This document shows, in pieces, positions 1 through 14,086 of a stretch of DNA of 60,446 nucleotides. The notes beneath the pieces are model-generated. The model was not told the origin of the DNA and searched no databases. It was given only the letters and a program-made list of their open reading frames with translations. Made by a program: the position numbers and the translations under genes. This DNA is from Candidatus Sericytochromatia bacterium (GTDB taxonomy: Bacteria > Cyanobacteriota > Sericytochromatia > S15B-MN24 > VGJW01). Every line of letters begins with the position of its first letter. Position 1 is the stretch's first letter. The DNA is taken from assembly GCA_035285865.1 (NCBI GenBank), contig JAYKHS010000020.1, positions 1 to 60,446 of the forward strand, in the 5' to 3' direction.

Positions 1-61
1 CCGCCAGAAGCCCGGGACTTGCTTCAGGCGCCTACTCACGCCAACAGCCCAGGCCGGGTAC

Positions 62-586
62 ATGGCCGACATGCTCGCCCTCGAAGGCTCCCTGACCCGT
101 GACCGGGTGCTGCCCACCACCATCGCCCGATGCCTGGAGCTCTTCGGGGACCTTGCCGGCATGCTGGCGCGCGTGCCGGCCGTCTCCAGCGTGGACCCGT
201 TCGCGCCCGACCACTGCCGCGTCATCCTTAAGCCGCTCGGGGCACTCAACTATCACCTCTGGCTCGCCACCGACCTCCGCATGACGCGAGACGAGAACAG
301 CGTGTCCCTGGAGAGCCTGCCGTTCGATCCGGCCGAGCCGTGGATCGGAGAAGGCGTCCTGCTCTATCGGTATGCCAGCACGACGCGCATGGCGGAAGCA
401 GAGGGTGGCACGCGGGTTCTCCACGAGGTTTCGGTGCGCGTCGACGTGCCCCTGCCCGCCTTCCTGCAAAGAACGCCACTGGGTGTCGTCAAGAGCGCCG
501 CAGATGCCGTCATGACCAACAAGCTCAAGGAACTGGTCCTGCAGCTCGAACGCTGCGTGGACGACGAGATCGCCCGAAACCCCTGA
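62..586 (+). CDS. DUF1997-like (START/SRPBCC-fold) protein
   Basis: 174 aa ORF. C-terminal V-D-V-P-L-P-x-F-L-x-x-x-P pattern and overall layout recall DUF1997 proteins of cyanobacteria and plastids. Start may be ATG 62 or 71. Confidence 0.6.
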   Translation: MADMLALEGSLTRDRVLPTTIARCLELFGDLAGMLARVPAVSSVDPFAPDHCRVILKPLGALNYHLWLATDLRMTRDENSVSLESLPFDPAEPWIGEGVLLYRYASTTRMAEAEGGTRVLHEVSVRVDVPLPAFLQRTPLGVVKSAADAVMTNKLKELVLQLERCVDDEIARNP

Positions 587-596
587 GGCAACGGGC

Positions 597-1136
597 CTAT
601 CTCGGTCGGCCGGCGGCCCGAGCCCGGGCGATGGCCAGCTGTCTTCTGCGGAGCATGATTTCAAGCCTCGCCCAACGCTCCGCGTGCTCGGGGTTCCGGA
701 TGGTCGCTGCTGCGCGTGCACGGATCTCGGCCACGACGGCCGGAGGCAACTCAGGAACCGGCTCCGGGGGCCGCTCCGCACGCAAGGCCGGCAAGGCGAT
801 GCCGCCATCCTGAACCTCGGCCTGACGACGCCCGCGAGGCGGGGCCTGGACCGCCCGCACGGCCGTCACGGAGACGGACGGCAACAACTGACCAAACCGC
901 TCCAGCCAGCTCGGCGCGAGGAAGGCAAGCTCCTGCGCCCAGACCGAGGACAACGGGCGGACCCAAAGCGTGCCATCCGTGAAACGGACCGGTTCGAGTT
1001 GCGCCGAGGCGGTTGGACCGGCCACTTCGGGCCAGAGCGCGACGACCTTGGCGGCAGCCAGCAATCCGGGACGCTTGAGCGTCCGCCCGACCAGACCACC
1101 GATGGCCTTGGGCTCGCCCCCCCTGCCCCGCCTCAC
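597..1136 (-). CDS. DciA/DUF721 family protein (helicase-loader-like, KH-like N-domain)
   Basis: WPEVAG...RFTDGTLWVRPLSSVWAQELAF motif typical of DUF721. GTG at 1136 overlaps the stop of the upstream gene (GTGA). Confidence 0.75.
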   Translation of the reverse strand: MRRGRGGEPKAIGGLVGRTLKRPGLLAAAKVVALWPEVAGPTASAQLEPVRFTDGTLWVRPLSSVWAQELAFLAPSWLERFGQLLPSVSVTAVRAVQAPPRGRRQAEVQDGGIALPALRAERPPEPVPELPPAVVAEIRARAAATIRNPEHAERWARLEIMLRRRQLAIARARAAGRPR

Positions 1137-1702
1137 GGCCGTACCCCGACAACCCCGTGGAGACCATCCCCGTAAAGCAGGCGGTAGGCCCGATAAGCCC
1201 ACTCGGCCCGCCAGACGTAGGTGCGCGTCTCGGGATAGGCTTCCTCGAGGCTTGCCCACCGGGAAACCTTGGACGCTCCTGCGTTGTAGGCCGCGAGTAC
1301 GCGACGCCGGTCGCCGCCGAACGGCCCATGCAGATAGCGCAGGTAGGCGGCTCCGAGCCGGATGTTGACGGCCGGATCGTAAAGGCTGTCGGAGGGGTCG
1401 GGCTCACCCGACCTGCCCGCCACCCATCGCGCCGTGTCGGGCATGAGCTGCATCAGGCCACAGGCCCCGGCCGAGGAGTGCGCTCGGGGATCGAAGCCGG
1501 ACTCGACCCGGATGACCGCCGCCACGAATAGCGGATCCAGGTCCTGGCGTGCGGCTTCGCGCTCGATCAGGTCGCGGTGCGCATAGGGGAACAGCCAGAG
1601 CCCCCCGACCCAGGTTGCCATCGCGGCCCCGGAAAGCGTCAGGACGGCCAACACCCATCGGAGCCCCGGCAAGGAGGCCCTCTGCCTTGGGGAAGTGGTC
1701 AT
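1133..1702 (-). CDS. Lytic transglycosylase (SLT domain), N-terminal membrane anchor
   Basis: AVIRVESGF (catalytic Glu), GLMQLMP and AAYNAG motifs. ATG 1702 follows a G-rich SD. Lies directly downstream of coaE. Confidence 0.92.
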   Translation of the reverse strand: MTTSPRQRASLPGLRWVLAVLTLSGAAMATWVGGLWLFPYAHRDLIEREAARQDLDPLFVAAVIRVESGFDPRAHSSAGACGLMQLMPDTARWVAGRSGEPDPSDSLYDPAVNIRLGAAYLRYLHGPFGGDRRRVLAAYNAGASKVSRWASLEEAYPETRTYVWRAEWAYRAYRLLYGDGLHGVVGVRP

Positions 1703-1716
1703 CTCCCCCCATGCTA

Positions 1717-2373
1717 TCAATTGACTTGCCGACGCGGGGACAGGGCGGCATCCAGCATGGCACGCACCCGTGCCGCAAGATCCTGACGATCGCCGTCGTT
1801 GAGGATGATGCGGTCGGCACGCCGGATCTTTTCTGCCAAAGGGGCCTGGGCCGCGATGCGGGCGGCGACCTCGGCCGCCTGGAGTGCGTCTCTGCCGGCA
1901 AGACGCGCACGCTGCACCTCGTCCGGACAAGCGACGACCCAGACCTCGTCGAATCGAGCCTCGAGACCCGACTCGAAGAGCAGGGGAATGACCTCGACGA
2001 CCAGCGCGGGCCGCGTCTCCGCGGGTCTTGCCGCCAGCTCCCGAAGCGTATCCTCGGCACGTGCGCGGATGCGCGGATGCAGGATGGCCTCCAGGCGCCT
2101 GCGCGCTTCGGTGTCCGAGAACACGAGGCGACCCAGGGCCTTGCGATCCAGCGTCCCGTCCGTGGCCACCACACCCTTGCCGAAGTGACCGACGACCTCC
2201 CGATATGCGTCCTGGCCCGGACGCACGACCTCCCTCGCGATCAGATCGGCGTCGATCACGGCGGCGCCCTCGGTCACGAGCAGATCGGCCACCGTGCTCT
2301 TGCCCGTGGCGATCCCGCCGGTCAACCCCACGTGGAGAAACGGCAGCGCGGCCTTCGGGGAACGATCGGTCAT
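1717..2373 (-). CDS. coaE: Dephospho-CoA kinase
   Basis: GLTGGIATGKST Walker A, IDAD, LDRKALG, HPRIR and PLLFE motifs. Confidence 0.96.
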   Translation of the reverse strand: MTDRSPKAALPFLHVGLTGGIATGKSTVADLLVTEGAAVIDADLIAREVVRPGQDAYREVVGHFGKGVVATDGTLDRKALGRLVFSDTEARRRLEAILHPRIRARAEDTLRELAARPAETRPALVVEVIPLLFESGLEARFDEVWVVACPDEVQRARLAGRDALQAAEVAARIAAQAPLAEKIRRADRIILNDGDRQDLAARVRAMLDAALSPRRQVN

Positions 2374-2535
2374 CTGCGAATTTACCTGTTTTTAACCGGA
2401 GAACAGGAAAGAACAGAACGCGTTAGAAGGATATTATCCATAGGTTAATCGTTTCCCGGCCCCTCTGATACACCCGGGATTGTCCCTTTCCCCCATCCCC
2501 CCGACAACCCCCGCAAGGGGGAGGAGCATCATCTG

Positions 2536-3348
2536 ATGAAGCCCATCCGCTCTGCCGCCCTGACCGGTGCCCTCGTGGCCACCACGGGCCTGCTGGGCTG
2601 CGGGACCACCCCGAACGCCGCGGTGACCGCATCCGCCGGCACCGGTGTCTCGGCCCAGTCCTCCGCCGTGTTGCGCCAGGGTTTCGAGGATGTCCACAAG
2701 GCCATCTTCGGCGTCATCGACAGCAACACCGACGGCAACATCGACGAATACGAGGCCGGTCCCTTCTTCAACCTGCGGACCGAGTTCCCCCGCGCCGACA
2801 AGTCCAAGGCCGGCATCATCAACTACAACGAGTTCATGGGCTACGCGACCAAGGGCGGATTCCTCGGCACGGCCGACACCCCCGAGCGCTTTCTGGACCG
2901 CGAGCGTCGCAACCTCGATCGGGCGTTCCGCACCCTGGACGTCGCCCCCAAGAAGGGCTGGTTCGAGTATGGTGACGGCTACCTCTCCTCCACCGAGGTT
3001 TCCCGCAAGGCCGTGACCAATCTGGGCCTTGCCTACAGCTACCCCAAGCTGCACCTCGAAGTGCGCGTGAAGGGCTTCCGTCGCGCCGACTTCCTGGCGG
3101 CTGACAAGACCGGCGACAAGCGTCTCTCGCAGGGCGAGTTCGAGGACCTCTACATCAAGGCGGTCGTCGACCTGATCGGCAAGCTGGCCAAGAAGCCGGG
3201 CGGCAGCCCTGCTCCCCTGCCCAGCGACCCCGGCACGGCTCCCGCCGACCCCGGCGCTGGCGTTCCCCCGGCCCAGCCGGCTCCGCCGGCCCCCGGTATC
3301 AAGGTTGTCGACAGCGACACTTGGGCCATCTGGAGCGACCTGCTCTGA
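2536..3348 (+). CDS. EF-hand calcium-binding lipoprotein with Pro-rich tail
   Basis: SD GGAGGAG. Lipobox LLGC. EF-loop-like DSNTDGNIDEYE, DKSKAGIINYNE and DKTGDKRLSQGE. Confidence 0.8.
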   Translation: MKPIRSAALTGALVATTGLLGCGTTPNAAVTASAGTGVSAQSSAVLRQGFEDVHKAIFGVIDSNTDGNIDEYEAGPFFNLRTEFPRADKSKAGIINYNEFMGYATKGGFLGTADTPERFLDRERRNLDRAFRTLDVAPKKGWFEYGDGYLSSTEVSRKAVTNLGLAYSYPKLHLEVRVKGFRRADFLAADKTGDKRLSQGEFEDLYIKAVVDLIGKLAKKPGGSPAPLPSDPGTAPADPGAGVPPAQPAPPAPGIKVVDSDTWAIWSDLL

Positions 3349-3381
3349 CGGCTGTCCCCCTCGGCAACGCCGGGTCCTCCC

Positions 3382-3953
3382 TTACGGGCAGGCCCGGCGT
3401 TCCTGCATCAGCCGAATCACCGCATCTCGCAGTGCATCGGGCCCTTCAGGCGACAAGACGAAATCCGCACATGCCCTGATGGCCGCAGCCTCATCCCGCG
3501 CCAGCGCCAGGCGGGTCTCGATGCTGGTCGCATCATCGCCCCGGCCGGCGAGCCGGCGCCGCAGCTCATCCTCACCGGGGCCCGCAAGCCCGAGCACGAC
3601 CATCGGCCGCGACAGCCCCTGCCGCAAGTTGGCCACTCCGGGCGGATCCACAACGACCACGACAGCCTGCCTGCCGTCACCCAGCGCATCCCACGGCAGG
3701 CCGTAGCGGAAGCCCCCGTAGCTGGTGTGCTCCACCAGTTCGCCGGCCTCCAGCATGGCCGTGAAAGCGGCCTCCGAACGAAAGCGGTAGTCGACGCCAT
3801 CGCGCTCGCCCGGACGGGGCGGCCTGGTCGTGCACGTCACGGCCTTCGTCACCCCGACACCCGACCTAACCAAGGCTTCGACAAGCGTCGTCTTGCCGCT
3901 GCCCGACGGACCGACGACAACCCACAAGGGATCGCCGAATCCGCCGCCCTCGC

Positions 3954-3957
<4 letters not shown>
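3382..3957 (-). CDS. gmk: Guanylate kinase
   Basis: GPSGSGKTT, TTRPPRPGERDGVDYRF and YG motifs. Confidence 0.92.
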
Positions 3958-6851
<2,894 letters not shown>

Positions 6852-7139
6852 GCTGAGAACTCTCCGGCAGGCCGCCCACGAGCGGCGACATCCGGAGCAT
6901 CATGCCCGGAATCGGACACCCTTCACGGCAAGCCCCAGAAATCCACCACGGAGCAGAGTTCTCCACCGTGGCAAAGTGCCATGCACCAACTTACTCCCCA
7001 TGGTGCAAAACGTTTTGACAGCAAGGAGCATCAAGACTCTTTGGAGATCTGGAGTTGTTTTACTCCATGACAGTTGATGCTCCGAAGGCAAAGGCCTTCG
7101 ACAAGGACAACCGGGGCCACGCGGGGTACATGGCGTGGC

Positions 7140-8141
7140 ATGCCCCCCTCCGAGAGGTCGCTGAGCCTCGGCACCCGCATCGGCATGGCCGCCGCCTTCC
7201 TGAAGGCGGCAGGCAGCCGCTTCGTGGAGGAACTGGCCCAGCCCCAGCGCCCACGCAGCGACCTGCCTCCGCCGGGGACCCTGCGCATCTGGGCCCGCGA
7301 GACAACCTTCCATCTGGAACCCCATGTGGCCCTGCACCTCGAGGATCTCGCCGCCGATCTGGTGGCCCATGACCCGACGCAGGCCCTGCGCCCCGGCGAC
7401 CGGGAGAGTTACACGTTCCATATCCTCTCCGGGCGCATCCGCCTCGCGGCGACGACGGTCGAGTGTCTCGTGGAGAGAATGCTCGAAAGCCTCGAGCCCC
7501 GCCCCCTCGAGAACGTCTCGGTCGAACTCGAGGGCCGCGGCCTGAAGCTGACAGGAACCGTTCGCCTTGGCCCAATCTCGGCCCCTGTCATCCTCGCCGG
7601 CCCGCTCGACCTGGCGGCGGATGGCCGGCTGGCCTTCGCGATTCGTCGGCTCGAGGTCGGCGGCCTGCGCGTGGGTGGCCTGCTGGATCTGCTTTCGGGC
7701 GGACTCGAGCGCTGGATGAAGGTTCCGCCAGGAGGAGCCGTGTCCGTTCAGGGGCAGCGCATTCTGCTCGATCCGGCAGGCATCGTGTCCGCCCCACGCA
7801 GCCGGGGGCGCGTCTGCGGCCTCGACCTCGGGGACGGCGAACTGGTGCTCACCTATGCCGGAGAAGCACCGCCCCCACCCGCCGACCTGTCAGGCGAGGA
7901 GACGCCTGCAGCCTGGCTGCACGCCCTGGGACACGATGTCCACGTCGGACGGATGCAGATGCATGACACCCACTGCCAGGTCGTGCCGCTGGCACCTGAT
8001 GCCGCGTGGCTGGACCTGTCACTCGACGTCCTGGACGAACAGTTGCAGGCCGGCCGCAGCCGGATGATCCGCAGGGGAGAGCTGCTCGTCAGCCTGCCAG
8101 GACTGGACGAACTGGCCGAGGCCGACTTGGGGCAAGGTTAA
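7140..8141 (+). CDS. Hypothetical protein, beta-rich (DUF2993/LmeA-like appearance)
   Basis: Long ORF with coding-like composition filling the gap between two genes. Start uncertain (ATG 7140 or 7185). Confidence 0.55.
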   Translation: MPPSERSLSLGTRIGMAAAFLKAAGSRFVEELAQPQRPRSDLPPPGTLRIWARETTFHLEPHVALHLEDLAADLVAHDPTQALRPGDRESYTFHILSGRIRLAATTVECLVERMLESLEPRPLENVSVELEGRGLKLTGTVRLGPISAPVILAGPLDLAADGRLAFAIRRLEVGGLRVGGLLDLLSGGLERWMKVPPGGAVSVQGQRILLDPAGIVSAPRSRGRVCGLDLGDGELVLTYAGEAPPPPADLSGEETPAAWLHALGHDVHVGRMQMHDTHCQVVPLAPDAAWLDLSLDVLDEQLQAGRSRMIRRGELLVSLPGLDELAEADLGQG

Positions 8142-8238
8142 CCGAAGCTTGGGTCCGGCTTAGGCGCCTCGGCGCATCCCCTCCCGTCAAGGAACCGACA
8201 AGTCCATTGGACCACCGGCCCACGCATCGGAGAGACGC

Positions 8239-9663
<1,425 letters not shown>

Positions 9664-9678
9664 GTTCCCACGCCGAGC

Positions 9679-9710
9679 AAGGGCCCGCACCGGACACCGG
9701 CCGGGCCCTT
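9679..9710 (+). terminator. Hairpin after S8 protease (possible intrinsic terminator)
   Basis: AAGGGCCCG (9679-87) pairs with CGGGCCCTT (9702-10), with an inner CCGG/CCGG stem, followed by CTT. Confidence 0.5.
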
Positions 9711-9728
9711 CTTGCTACGATGGCTCCC

Positions 9729-10400
9729 ATGGACACAGCCATCGCCAATCCCTACCACGGCGTTCCCCGCCTCCCCGACCTGCCCATCGCCACACACCTC
9801 GCCACGCCCGAGCGGGAGCTGGTGCTGACCTTTGACGACGGCCCGCACCCCGACTGGTCCGGCCCCATCCTGGACGTGCTCGCCAGCAAGCAGGTGCCTG
9901 CGACGTTCTTTCTCGTCGGCCACAACGCACGCAACCACCCTGACCTCGTGCGTCGAATGGCCGCTGAAGGCCACGTCATCGCGAACCACACGGACACCCA
10001 CCCCAGGCTGCCCGAGATCGCCGATGCGGCAGTCGACTCGGAAATCGCCCGCTGCCAGGAGACGCTCGAGCAGCTGTCCGGCCATCGGCCCACGCTCTTC
10101 CGACCGACCTACGGCCGCTACGATGCCCGGGTGATGAAGGCCCTTGCGCAAGAGGGCCTGACGGCCGTGCAGTGGTCGATGATGACGTGGGATTGGCTGG
10201 CCCCGACGGTCGAGGAGGCCCTGACGTGGCACGGGGCGCAACTGGCTCCGGGTGGCATCAGCCTGCTGCACGACGGGTCGAACACCCGCCGCGACAGCCG
10301 CGCCGCCACGCTCGCAATGCTGCCCCACTTGATCGATCAGGCACGGGAGGCCGGGTACACCTGGGTTCCTCTGGACCGACGCATCGACAAGCTGGCCTGA
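9729..10400 (+). CDS. Polysaccharide/peptidoglycan deacetylase (NodB/CE4)
   Basis: TFDDGP, ATFF, NHTDTH, FRPTYG, DW and LLHD motifs. Confidence 0.92.
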   Translation: MDTAIANPYHGVPRLPDLPIATHLATPERELVLTFDDGPHPDWSGPILDVLASKQVPATFFLVGHNARNHPDLVRRMAAEGHVIANHTDTHPRLPEIADAAVDSEIARCQETLEQLSGHRPTLFRPTYGRYDARVMKALAQEGLTAVQWSMMTWDWLAPTVEEALTWHGAQLAPGGISLLHDGSNTRRDSRAATLAMLPHLIDQAREAGYTWVPLDRRIDKLA

Positions 10401-10427
10401 GTGCCCCCGGCCGCAGGTCGGCTCTGC

Positions 10428-12689
10428 TCAGCGCAGCGAACCGACCAGCACGACCGGTGCTTCGGAGGGCAGGCCCTCGAGTTCCGCCTGACCGAGCGAC
10501 ACGACCTGCTCGGCCGACGACAGCCCGGACAGATCCACGATCCGCCGACCGACCAGCAGGAAAACATCGGGAATCTCCTTGCCACCGTCGCCATAGCGCG
10601 CCCGCGTCTCGAGAAAGCGCTGCAACGTCCCACCGAGGTCGCCATGCCGAGTCGTCTCGACGGCCCCATGATTGGTCTGGAGACGAATGATGCCCTCGCG
10701 ATCCACCACGCGCAACGCGAGCCTACGCTCACGCCAGAACCCGAGCAGGCGAGCTTCGTCTCGCTGGACCCCAAGAACCTCGTGGGCCTCCGTCTCGGCA
10801 AGCTGGCGCACCTGGTCCGGCGCCACGGCCAACGACCGTGCGGCGAGGGCCTGACGCTCCTCGGGCGAACGCTCCGCATCGACGAGGTCGCGTGTGCGCA
10901 GTTCGGTCGCTCCCGTCGCGACGGCACGGACCAGGTTTCGCTGGGCGTCGACCTCGACCTGGACCTCGATGGTCCCGGGCGCGGCACCGAGGCGCTGCAC
11001 GGCCTCCTCGGCCTCACGGCGGATACGCAACAGGTCCTCCGGGCGCGGATCCAGCACCGTACGCTCGATAGTCTCCCTCACGAGCGCAAGTGCCACGCCG
11101 ATGGCGGAGATGACGTCGGCGTTTTCGGCGATGACGTGAGGCAAGCCCATCGTCCGCGCCACGAAGGGCACGATGGCGGCAGCACCGCCGCCGCCGCCGA
11201 CGAGCGTCACGAGTCGCGCATCGAGCTTGTAGTCGGCCATCAGGCGCCGCACCACGGGCACGACCATGTCGGCCGAGAGGCGCTGGACCCGCTCGGCGAC
11301 CTCTTCTGCCGACATGCCGAGGCCCTGCCCCATCCTGAGGGCCGCGTGCCGGGCCTGCTCGGCAGATCCCTCCGCGGCGTCGCCGGGCGCGACAAGACCC
11401 AGCACATGGGCCGCGCACGTGTTGGTGAACGTGTGTCCGATCTGGTCCCCCGTCTGCAACGCCACGTAGTCGTCCGGATCGCCAGGCAAGGGCTGGTGGC
11501 GCACGACCTCGGCCATCCGCATGTCGGCCTTGGGGAACGTGGCGTAGGACAAGCCGGCAATGTGCGCGCTGCGCGGGCCTACCCGAACGATGCGACCGCC
11601 CTGGATCCGCACCATAGAACCGCCCGCCACGCCCAAGGTACGGACATCGAGCGTCCGCAGATACAGCCGATGGCCCCCGAGCTGGGCCGAACGAACCTGA
11701 GCCTTGCCGTTACGGATCACCGAGATGTCTGTGCTGGTCCCGCCGACCTCGAGGAAAATCCCGTCCGTCAGGCGGACATGCATCATCGCCGCTGCCACCC
11801 CTGCCGCCGGTCCTGAAAGCATGGTCAGGATAGGGCGCTTGCGCATCTCGTCGACCGCCATCACCCCACCGTCGGAACGCATGACCATCAAGGGTGCGGC
11901 AATGCCCGCAGCCCGGACACTGGCCTCGGTCATGTCAGCCGTCTCGACCATCCGCGGCAACATGGCGGCGTTGAGGACCGCCGTCCGCGTCCGGGCGCGC
12001 AGACCATAACGCTGGGATATCTCGTGACCGGCACAGGCATGCAGACCCTTGGCGCGCAGCATCGCCACGACCTCTTGCTCGGCAGACGCATCGTCGACCC
12101 CGAAGGCCGCCGTGACGGCGAAAGCCCGCGCACCGACTGCCTGCAGGCGCTGGACGGCGAGGTCGACCTCCCGGGGCATCAGCCCGCCCGTCAAGTCCAG
12201 GAACGCGTGATGCGTCTCGAGGGCCTGCCCTTCGCCCAGAGGAACCCGTCCGAGCCGCGTGGCCGCGCGGGTCATGCCACGGTCCAGGCCGGAAGCCATC
12301 GCCAGGATGCCGACGGGCGCCACGTCTCCCTCAAGCAGCGCATTGGTGGCCTGGGTGGTGCTGTGCGCAATCAGGGCAATCTGGTCCGGCGCGATGTGCC
12401 CGGTCTCGAGCAGTCGGCGCAAGGCCTCCACGATGCCGGCGGCAACGCCCTCGGCCGCCCGATGGGTCGTCGGCACCTTGCAGGAAGCCACGATCCCGAG
12501 GGTCCCGGCATCCAGAGCCACCGCATGGGTGAAGGTACCGCCGACGTCGATGCCCACCCGCACCTTGCGGGCGGGATCAAATCCGGAATCCGCTGCTTCC
12601 GGCGTCGCCTCCGGCTGGACCAGTTCGCCCGTGCCAGGACGGAAAAACAGGTCCTGCAGCTTGGCCAGCCAACCCGGACGTTCGCTCAT
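10428..12689 (-). CDS. Hydantoinase/oxoprolinase A-family ATP-dependent protein
   Basis: GIDVGGTFTHA, HSTTQATNALLEG, VMRSDGG, LSGPAAG and EVGGTSTD motifs. ATG 12689 overlaps the upstream stop. Confidence 0.85.
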   Translation of the reverse strand: MSERPGWLAKLQDLFFRPGTGELVQPEATPEAADSGFDPARKVRVGIDVGGTFTHAVALDAGTLGIVASCKVPTTHRAAEGVAAGIVEALRRLLETGHIAPDQIALIAHSTTQATNALLEGDVAPVGILAMASGLDRGMTRAATRLGRVPLGEGQALETHHAFLDLTGGLMPREVDLAVQRLQAVGARAFAVTAAFGVDDASAEQEVVAMLRAKGLHACAGHEISQRYGLRARTRTAVLNAAMLPRMVETADMTEASVRAAGIAAPLMVMRSDGGVMAVDEMRKRPILTMLSGPAAGVAAAMMHVRLTDGIFLEVGGTSTDISVIRNGKAQVRSAQLGGHRLYLRTLDVRTLGVAGGSMVRIQGGRIVRVGPRSAHIAGLSYATFPKADMRMAEVVRHQPLPGDPDDYVALQTGDQIGHTFTNTCAAHVLGLVAPGDAAEGSAEQARHAALRMGQGLGMSAEEVAERVQRLSADMVVPVVRRLMADYKLDARLVTLVGGGGGAAAIVPFVARTMGLPHVIAENADVISAIGVALALVRETIERTVLDPRPEDLLRIRREAEEAVQRLGAAPGTIEVQVEVDAQRNLVRAVATGATELRTRDLVDAERSPEERQALAARSLAVAPDQVRQLAETEAHEVLGVQRDEARLLGFWRERRLALRVVDREGIIRLQTNHGAVETTRHGDLGGTLQRFLETRARYGDGGKEIPDVFLLVGRRIVDLSGLSSAEQVVSLGQAELEGLPSEAPVVLVGSLR

Positions 12690-14086
12690 GCCAGATACCT
12701 CGCGGCGGAGAGCACCAGGCCGAGGAGTGCGGCCAGCCACGCCCACGGCAGTGTCTGCCGCATCAGCCTGGCCGGCGAGCTGCCCACCTGGTTGGCAATC
12801 CAGACATTCGCCGTGTTGGTCGGGTCGCAGACCCCCTGCACCTGCCCCACGGACTGCAGCATCCCCATCACGGCCGCGGCAGGCAATTGGCCCGTGCCCA
12901 GGATCAGCGCGGCAAGGCCGCTGCCGAGTCCGAAGAGGTTGAGGGGACCGCGATAAAGGGACAGGGGTGCCGCGAGCCCGAAGCCGGCGACGTAGGTCAG
13001 GGCATGGCTGGGGGTCGCCTTGGCCAGGACGGGCCCGAACTGGGCCGAAACCACCGGATGCATCATCGCGTTGAGCACCATGCCGATGCCCATCATCAGC
13101 ACCAGCACGGGAACGACGGCCTGGATTCCCTCGAAGACCGCCTGCGTCGCGGCATTGACGCGACCCGGCCGCCACGTCGCCATGACGCCGTGCAAGATGC
13201 CCACCAGAAAGGCCGGCACGATGTCCATCTTGAGGACCAGCACGCAGAACAGGGGCAGAACCGGCGTCAGCAGGGCGATCAGCGGCACGTCGTCATCAGG
13301 ATGCAGGCGCCTGCGCCACCACGAGAGCACCAGCAACAAGGCCCCGCCGACCTGAACCCAGGGAAGCGCCGCCGCAAGAGCGTCCGTCGGCCACGGCAAA
13401 TCCGGGCCGCGCCACCACCACAAGGCCCCGCCCGCCACCAGGAGCACTACCGTGGCCAGTGCACCGAATCCGCGGCGGCGATCCTCGGGCGTGCCCTGCA
13501 CGAACACGAACAGAGCCGCAACCACCGCAAACAGGAGCGAGAAGGGGCCCACGAAGGCCTGGATCTCGGCCTGAGGGACCTGCAGGACGTCCATGAAGAG
13601 CTTCCAGTTCGCCAAATTGAACATGCCGCCCAGCGAGATCCCGAAAAGCAGCACCCCCGCCGCCGCAGGACCGGGCAGGCCAACCGAGAGCAACACGGGC
13701 AGGACCACCGAACCCACCATGATCACGGCCCCGAGACCACCCATGCTCGAGAAGAGGACGGCCGTCACGAGCAACAGCCCCATCGCGAGCACGAACGGAT
13801 TGTCCCCGCTGAACTCGGCAGCCCACCGGACCAGCTTGTTGCCGATGCCGAACTTCGTCATGACCTGAGCCAGGATGGCCCCGATCATCGTGGTGATCAT
13901 GGCCCCCGACAAACGGCCGACGCCTTCCTGGATGACCTGGTGCAGAATGTCCCCGAAGGGAACTTGGCAGACGAGCGCCACGGCAAGGGCCATGGCCGGC
14001 AGGGCCAGCAGCGCGGAGAGGCGTCCTGTCGCCATCAGGCCGGCAAAGGCCAGGAAGACGACGAAGCAGGCGAGGACCGTCAGCAT
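12686..14086 (-). CDS. Multi-pass membrane permease (IT-superfamily/GntP/CitMHS-like)
   Basis: About 12 hydrophobic segments, with YRGPLN and CDPTNT conserved-looking motifs. Coupled to the hydantoinase gene. Confidence 0.75.
   Translation of the reverse strand: MLTVLACFVVFLAFAGLMATGRLSALLALPAMALAVALVCQVPFGDILHQVIQEGVGRLSGAMITTMIGAILAQVMTKFGIGNKLVRWAAEFSGDNPFVLAMGLLLVTAVLFSSMGGLGAVIMVGSVVLPVLLSVGLPGPAAAGVLLFGISLGGMFNLANWKLFMDVLQVPQAEIQAFVGPFSLLFAVVAALFVFVQGTPEDRRRGFGALATVVLLVAGGALWWWRGPDLPWPTDALAAALPWVQVGGALLLVLSWWRRRLHPDDDVPLIALLTPVLPLFCVLVLKMDIVPAFLVGILHGVMATWRPGRVNAATQAVFEGIQAVVPVLVLMMGIGMVLNAMMHPVVSAQFGPVLAKATPSHALTYVAGFGLAAPLSLYRGPLNLFGLGSGLAALILGTGQLPAAAVMGMLQSVGQVQGVCDPTNTANVWIANQVGSSPARLMRQTLPWAWLAALLGLVLSAARYLA

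Noticed and set aside
2429..2442. GGATATTATCC palindrome / TTATCCATA DnaA-box-like site upstream of the EF-hand gene
   Set aside because: Single short site far from oriC; could be an operator but cannot be distinguished from chance.
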